A program made the position numbers and the translations under genes. From Eledone cirrhosa (Eukaryota), in contig OZ024742.1 of the NCBI GenBank assembly GCA_964016885.1, positions 131,006,001 through 131,070,000 on the forward strand: DNA of 64,000 nucleotides, given 5' to 3'. The notes under the pieces are model-generated. The model saw only the letters and a list, made by a program, of their open reading frames with translations, was not told where the DNA came from and did not search any database. This document shows, piece after piece, positions 57,238 to 64,000 of the stretch; within the stretch, counting starts at the first letter, position 1, and every line of letters starts with the position of its first letter.

Positions 57238-59984
57238 TATATATATATATATGATGGCTGCCCCCTCGTTATCGATTATGGCCATTGCACGATATAACAT
57301 TATTAATTAATGCTATCGTGTGCTTGAAGATGTTTTTAAAGTGAGGAAGTACTGAGCACCGAGCCAATCCCACTCTCTGATTGACAGTAGTTATAACCGA
57401 AAAGAAGAAAAGATCAACATCATCGGTATCTACTGAGCTGCAGGTTTTATATCGGAGTTATCCCAGTTTCCTGAGATACCTTTTCCTAGAAGAATGCCCT
57501 GACAAAGGCTAGGGGTCCTTCACTCCCAGTGGTTTAACCGCGCGGTACATGTGTATATACATATTTACACATTTTTGGATATCCATTGACTCTTATGAGT
57601 TCTTCCACCCTTTGTCAGGTTTTGTTTTTTGTCCTGCAGGGTGTCCAAAATCACCCTCCTCACCAAGTAAACTTGGTGGGGTTGCCGGTTTAATCGACGC
57701 TCACCCTCCAAATAAAAAAAAGTACCACCAATCCTCCCAAGCATACATACACACTTATAACTACAGAAGGCCTAATTCCAAATATTTTTTTAATATACGC
57801 AAAATCACAATACGTATTTCTTTGTACTGGTTATTTCATCAGATAATAATGTGTGACTTGGCGACGTCATCAAGTGTAAAGTGCAAAGATAAGGTAATCA
57901 ATTACAGGATTAGAAACATAAACAGAGTATAGACTTGATTCAGAGACAGCACGCCATTCAGTGTTATTGTGGTAGACTGTCTCCGAATGGCACACACTCG
58001 GCAATGCTAAGCCTTCTATAGTATTTGAAGTACTTGAATACGTTCCTGCACCAAAAACTAACGCTGTGTACTTTAGTTTATGCATCACAGTTTTCTAATC
58101 CGAATGACCATATCTACCCATCTACTTCAGTGGGTGCCCAATAATATTAATATTGATAACCAAATCAACATCAATATTTAGCGATAATCACCATCAGTGC
58201 TTGAGGTAGCTACTAGGTTGTTAGTCCAGCAGTTCTAAAGAATAGGAGGAAGGAGATTACCGCCAAAAAAACAATACATGCGCAGGACAATGAATTCTGA
58301 GAAGAATTCAAGCCACGTGCTAGAACTCAATTGGATTTGAAAAAATAACTATATGTGCGCATCGCTTGATGACACACATAGATATTTTCTCGGGCAAAAT
58401 AACAGAATATATATATATTCGTATAGAAATAGAAGCTTTCGCCGTATTTTTGACTAAAGAAATTTTAGCCTGATAATGGGGTTTAAAAACCCTCTAAAAT
58501 GGAAAAGGATGAGTATTGACGTACATCATGTATGTCAATACTCCAAGAAAGATGGTTGGGTAACATCAATGAGCCCGACTGGTCTCGTTAGGGGATCCAG
58601 CCAGATCAATTGAAGACAGTTGCTACTGACAGAACCTGATGGACGGAATATTTGAAGACTCTGCCCTCACGGCCCTCCTAGGCATAAGTGGGCGAAGAAG
58701 AAAGGTCGGTAATAGTACCAGCCAAATTGATTTCCTTCTAAACCTTTATATTGACGACGTTGTGCCTAAGTTAGAAATCAATATTTATAACATATATTTC
58801 GCACTTTGGACAAATGATTTGTTAAATTATATGTATTACTGGCTACAAACTATCACAGCGTTGATATATTAGAAAATGTATTTTTAAGTTATGAGTAGCG
58901 CACTTGACATTTCCTGAGACAGAAAGAAATACGGATAGTCTCTGATCAAAGACCTGGATAAAATGCTTGCTGAGAGTAAACAGTAAATTCCACTAAAGTC
59001 ATCAAAAGGGCAGATAGTAATTGTAGACCAAATATTGGATCAAATCTGCACCGCGGCACGCTTCTACTCAACGTACTTTTGTTGACATACGGCTGTGATA
59101 TATGTAATACAGATGTCATATATTTCTGAGGGTGGGTGGGGGTATCTCTGTGTGTCGTCACTACCAGCGAGAGAGAAAAAGAGTGAGAGTGAGGGAGAGA
59201 GAGAGGGCAAGAGAGAGGGAGGGATGCGATGGAGCACATTGCGGTTTCGAGAAATAGGATATATATATATATATATATAGTGAAAATATATATATATATA
59301 TATATAGTGAAAACTGAAAACGGGAACAAAAACAGAGAGGCAGTACAAACAAAGGTTTATTAGTTTCACGCTCTTGAGAGTGGGGGGGGGGGGGGCGTTT
59401 CGGGCATAAGCCCTTCTTCAGGAGAAAAGTGGGTGGGAAGAGAGTTCCGAGGGTGTGTGGGGGAGTGGGGGAGGGGGTGTCAGGATTCCGGAGGCTGAGT
59501 GTGTATATGTGGGGGTACGCACGTGTGTGTTGATGTTTATACGTGGTGTGGATGTAGGTGGCGTGGTTCGAAAAAGTGGTCAGAGGGTCAAGGGTCAGAG
59601 GGTCAAGGCAGGATGAAGGCATAGCAGTAGAGGAGAATGACAGGTAGAGAAAGTCAGTGTGTGATGAGGAAAGGGTTGAATGCGGGTGTGTTAGTGGGGG
59701 TTAGTGGTGGTTGGGTGTGTAGTGTGGGTGGTGTATGTAGGTGTGGGTGGCTGTGTGTGGGAAGATGTGTGCTCGCGTGCGTAGGGTCGGGGGGATGTTA
59801 GTGGTATTAGTTGTGAGGTGGTATATATATATATATATATATACAGTGTAGCAGTAAATAGTGACCAGAACTTATGATGACGTAGAAAAACAACAGCCAA
59901 TGGCATGACAAGAGTGGAAGATGTTTTTTGAAGGTGTTTTTTGACGAGAACACCCCAGTGAGAAAATTTGCTTCGAACAAATTG

Positions 59985-60121
59985 CATGTGTCCGAGGGAA
60001 CCTGCAGCCGTAGAATCAGCCAGATCCATACAGTGAACATGTCTCGAGCTACCTGCCGGCGAAACAATTGTAACACGCAATAAACTGAGTCCAGATGCAT
60101 CACTGAATTTTCGTTTTTTTA

Positions 60122-60122
<1 letters not shown>
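59985..60122 (+). repeat. Single-arm homolog of the 6739-7198 palindrome, with HHR-like motif
   Basis: gtgt-CCGAGGG-aacctgc...tgccggc-GAAACAATTGTA|acac, then cagatgcatcactga...tttcgtttt. Confidence 0.7.
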
Positions 60123-60164
<42 letters not shown>

Positions 60165-60168
<4 letters not shown>

Positions 60169-60340
60169 AACGAGTAGGACCCTGACGGCTGAGCTCAAGC
60201 CGTTTCGACATTAGCCGTCGAAACGGCTTGAGCTCAGCCGTCGGGATCCTACTCGTTCCTATTACCCACTCTACTACCCTAAGTATTGAGTACTTTGGTG
60301 CGTTATGGTCCATCAGGTTCCTTACCACATTTCCTTCGTT
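60165..60340. repeat. Fold-back module (60165-60261 plus tail) between (TA)n runs
   Basis: gccgtttcgac-attagcc-gtcgaaacggc centre. Same family as the 10270-11110 terminus. Confidence 0.92.
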
Positions 60341-60482
60341 ATATATATATATATATATATATAATGTATGTATCTATTTATACACATATATACAAGTACA
60401 TTACTTTCTGTGTGTCTGTGTGTCTGTGTCTGTGTGCGTGCGTGTGTGTGTGTGTGATAGAGAGAGAGGGAGAGAGAGAGAG

Positions 60483-60517
<35 letters not shown>

Positions 60518-60784
60518 AAGAGATGTGTGCCGCATCGTAATATAATTATACATTAACTTTAAAATATAATTTTATCATGACAAATGAAATTTTAAATTAT
60601 ACATCATGATAACATGATAACAATGTTGTCGAAATGTATAGAAGCCTACATGTTAGATCACATGCTACAAAACATGGAAATATCGCCGTTAATGAAATTA
60701 TTTCAAAGTTAGACAAAATAATGCCCCAAAAAACAAAACAAACAAAACAACATTTATATATCTATATAATATGTGTATGGGCAT

Positions 60785-61112
60785 CATGCGTCTTATGACT
60801 TGCAAGCGGCTCAGCGACCGTATCTGTATCAGTGAGCTGCTTAGCATTTCCAAACTAGACCAATTACATCAATTGTCAAGTCAAGAGTACTCAAACTATA
60901 CGGCCATATGAAAAGATCAACTATTTGTGTTAGTAGGTTATGGCTGGTAAGAGAAACAGAGGCCGGCAGCCAAAACGATGGCTTGATAATGTCAGCTTAT
61001 GAACTGGACATGATCTTTGCACTTTAAACTCTGCTGCTGGTGATAGAACTTTGTGGAGAGAGATATCACATGTTAATGCGCAGTCTGCAACTGGCGGAGT
61101 TTAGCGTCACAA

Positions 61113-61113
<1 letters not shown>
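60785..61113 (+). mobile_element. RTE-clade LINE 3' end
   Basis: Reverse-complement homolog of 32271-32620. Ends at (TA)n. Confidence 0.8.
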
Positions 61114-61199
<86 letters not shown>

Positions 61200-61453
61200 T
61201 AAAGGTTAACATATACATAAAGTTATAGATATATATATGTTGCAACTGGTCACTTTTAAGCTCTATGAAGAATTAATAAATTAAAAAATTCGCCACCGCG
61301 AAGAGGCTACGTTCGGTTATTTGTCGGAGATTGCTCCATAAGAGCCTTTCTTCTTATAGCTTGATCTAATTGATTTTTTATATGGTTAATTATGCTAATT
61401 AGAAGAAGAAATAGTATATATTTTATCTGATGATTCTAAAGACATGATTTATG

Positions 61454-62128
<675 letters not shown>

Positions 62129-62194
62129 TATTGTTAATCGGCTCAGTATTTATTTGTACTTTATACTTAGAGCTTAATGGTTACAGGGTTCTAA

Positions 62195-62263
<69 letters not shown>

Positions 62264-62324
62264 GTAGAACACTGGAAGGTAATATCCGTAGTGGTAGAGC
62301 ACTCATTCCATGGGACGAGTTAGG

Positions 62325-62483
62325 TAGAAGTGGTTACACAACAGTTAGTTCACCATACCGATAACAATTGTTTCACCTTAGCGGATCCTCAGCTCGTAAT
62401 GGCACCCATTACGAGCTGAGGATCCGCTAAGGTGAAACAATTGTTCTCGGTATGGTGAACTAACTGTTGTGTAACCACTTCTA
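62325..62483. repeat. Palindrome carrying two divergent hammerheads
   Basis: Centre gctcgtaatgg-cac-ccattacgagc. A tail extends left to the (TA)n at 62260. Confidence 0.95.
62412..62449 (+). ncRNA. Minimal type I hammerhead (mirror 62359-62396, minus)
   Basis: cgag-CTGAGGA-t cc gctaa gg t-GAAAC-AATT-GTT|ctcg. Confidence 0.75.
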
Positions 62484-63058
62484 TATATATATATATATAT
62501 AATTATTTATTTAAACACTCACAATTAAAAAATTTGTTAAAACAGTTTTGTTGCACATCACATCAACAAAGCATTTATCTGTTTCTTGCATATAATTCTT
62601 CATCGCCTTCTATATGCAATGTGAAGGGCCATCCAAATGCATCTTAAACACCTCAAATCAAACCTGACTGGCGGAGTGTAGCGTCACAAGAGATGTGTAT
62701 TGGCATGTGATGTATATATATTTTGCCGATGTATATCGGCTAAAGTTATAGACAACGGTGAGAAGTTAAGGTTTTTGTGGTGTTTACTCTTCAACAATTA
62801 CACGGACACCTCCACGGAACTCCTTGTTATAGAATTATTGAATCGGTAGAAATCTGCAACAAAAACCTGAATTAATACACAATAAGTGTATAAATGTTGA
62901 AAGAACTTCCCTGTTGTCGTGCGACGTAGGTAATAAAAATCATATATAAAACGAAAAATATATAGACGTTCTATTGCCGTAAAGGACGAGTAGATGAAGC
63001 ATGCCGACTATCCAGGTTGTGGATACCAAAGCTAATCAGTGAGGTCGTACACAAGCAC

Positions 63059-63153
<95 letters not shown>

Positions 63154-63377
63154 CACACATACACCCACACACACCCACACACAAACGCGCACACAAGCAT
63201 ACACTCACACGTAATAAATGTATATTTATATAGTGGTAAGAGACTGCCAAGAGAGCGGGACAGCAGAAGGTCTTCAGGGAAGAAACAGCCTTGAAGCAAA
63301 TGTTTTGGCAATTATGAAAAACATGAACCGTTAAGATCTTCTTCCTGGTTATGTCAATATTTATAAAACAAACTTTG

Positions 63378-63438
63378 TATTTTATCTGATGAGAGCGTAC
63401 CAAAGTTTTGGTACCCTTGAAATATATATAATAGAATA
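63378..63438 (+). ncRNA. Type I hammerhead ribozyme with 8-bp stem I
   Basis: tattttat-CTGATGA-stem II-GAAA-TATATA-TA|atagaata. Confidence 0.8.
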
Positions 63439-63597
63439 AATATGGTTTTATAAATATAGTTTCCATTTATTTAATATCATTGAATATTATACTCCAGAAA
63501 ACTTGTCGAGTACTTTGAATCAGTTATAAACATTTATATTTGTTGAATTACCCACAAATTAAATATCCCTTTTGCTTATATGTATATATATACACAG

Positions 63598-63629
<32 letters not shown>

Positions 63630-63715
63630 TTCGTTTCGCACACAACACACACAAAAAACAAGATGGCGTAGGACAGAACGAAGGAGAGGCACAAAAACAA
63701 AGAAAAGTATCCCTA

Positions 63716-63758
63716 GTCACTGAAGCGGTCACAGAATGTGTGACGAAAGAACTTTGAC
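63716..63758 (+). ncRNA. Hammerhead variant (A9>C)
   Basis: gtca-CTGAAGC-g gtcaca gaatg tgtgac-GAAAG-AA-CTT|tgac. Confidence 0.6.
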
Positions 63759-63913
63759 AATATATGAACAATCGTCTGGTTGTGGAACCAACCAACCAAC
63801 CAGAAATTTACAATTTATAAATTCTTAAATTTATAAATTTAATTTATAATAAATTGGAGTGAAAGTAACTGGTGCGTGTGTTTCTTATTGGCAACATGAC
63901 CTTCCCAAAGCAT

Positions 63914-63944
<31 letters not shown>

Positions 63945-64000
63945 GGAACGAGTAGGACCCCGACGGCTGAGCTCAAGCCGTTTCGACGGCTAATTCTGGA

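Noticed and set aside
57870-58088. 72-aa non-repetitive ORF as a host exon
   Set aside because: No recognisable homology or other support.

Overview
This is AT-rich eukaryotic non-genic (intergenic or intronic) DNA. I infer a cephalopod, probably Octopus, from the CORE- and Meta-type tRNA-SINEs and the extreme (TA)n/(CA)n/(TATG)n density. No intact host gene is recognisable, and almost all ORF-track entries are microsatellite translations. Identifiable content: several degraded Penelope-like retroelements (PLEs; RT and GIY-YIG), a CR1-group LINE, RTE 3' ends, a Helitron Pif1 fragment, non-autonomous Helitrons, many SINEs and a 33/66-bp higher-order minisatellite. The most striking signal is about a dozen 90-770 bp fold-back (inverted-duplication) modules, most with outer ends abutting microsatellites. 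They come from several unrelated PLE terminal-repeat families. Many carry minimal type I hammerhead ribozyme (HHR) motifs, often as divergent pairs at the fold centre, and one family has a conserved compensatory U3-A8 core. All structures were read by eye and none was computed or database-searched.
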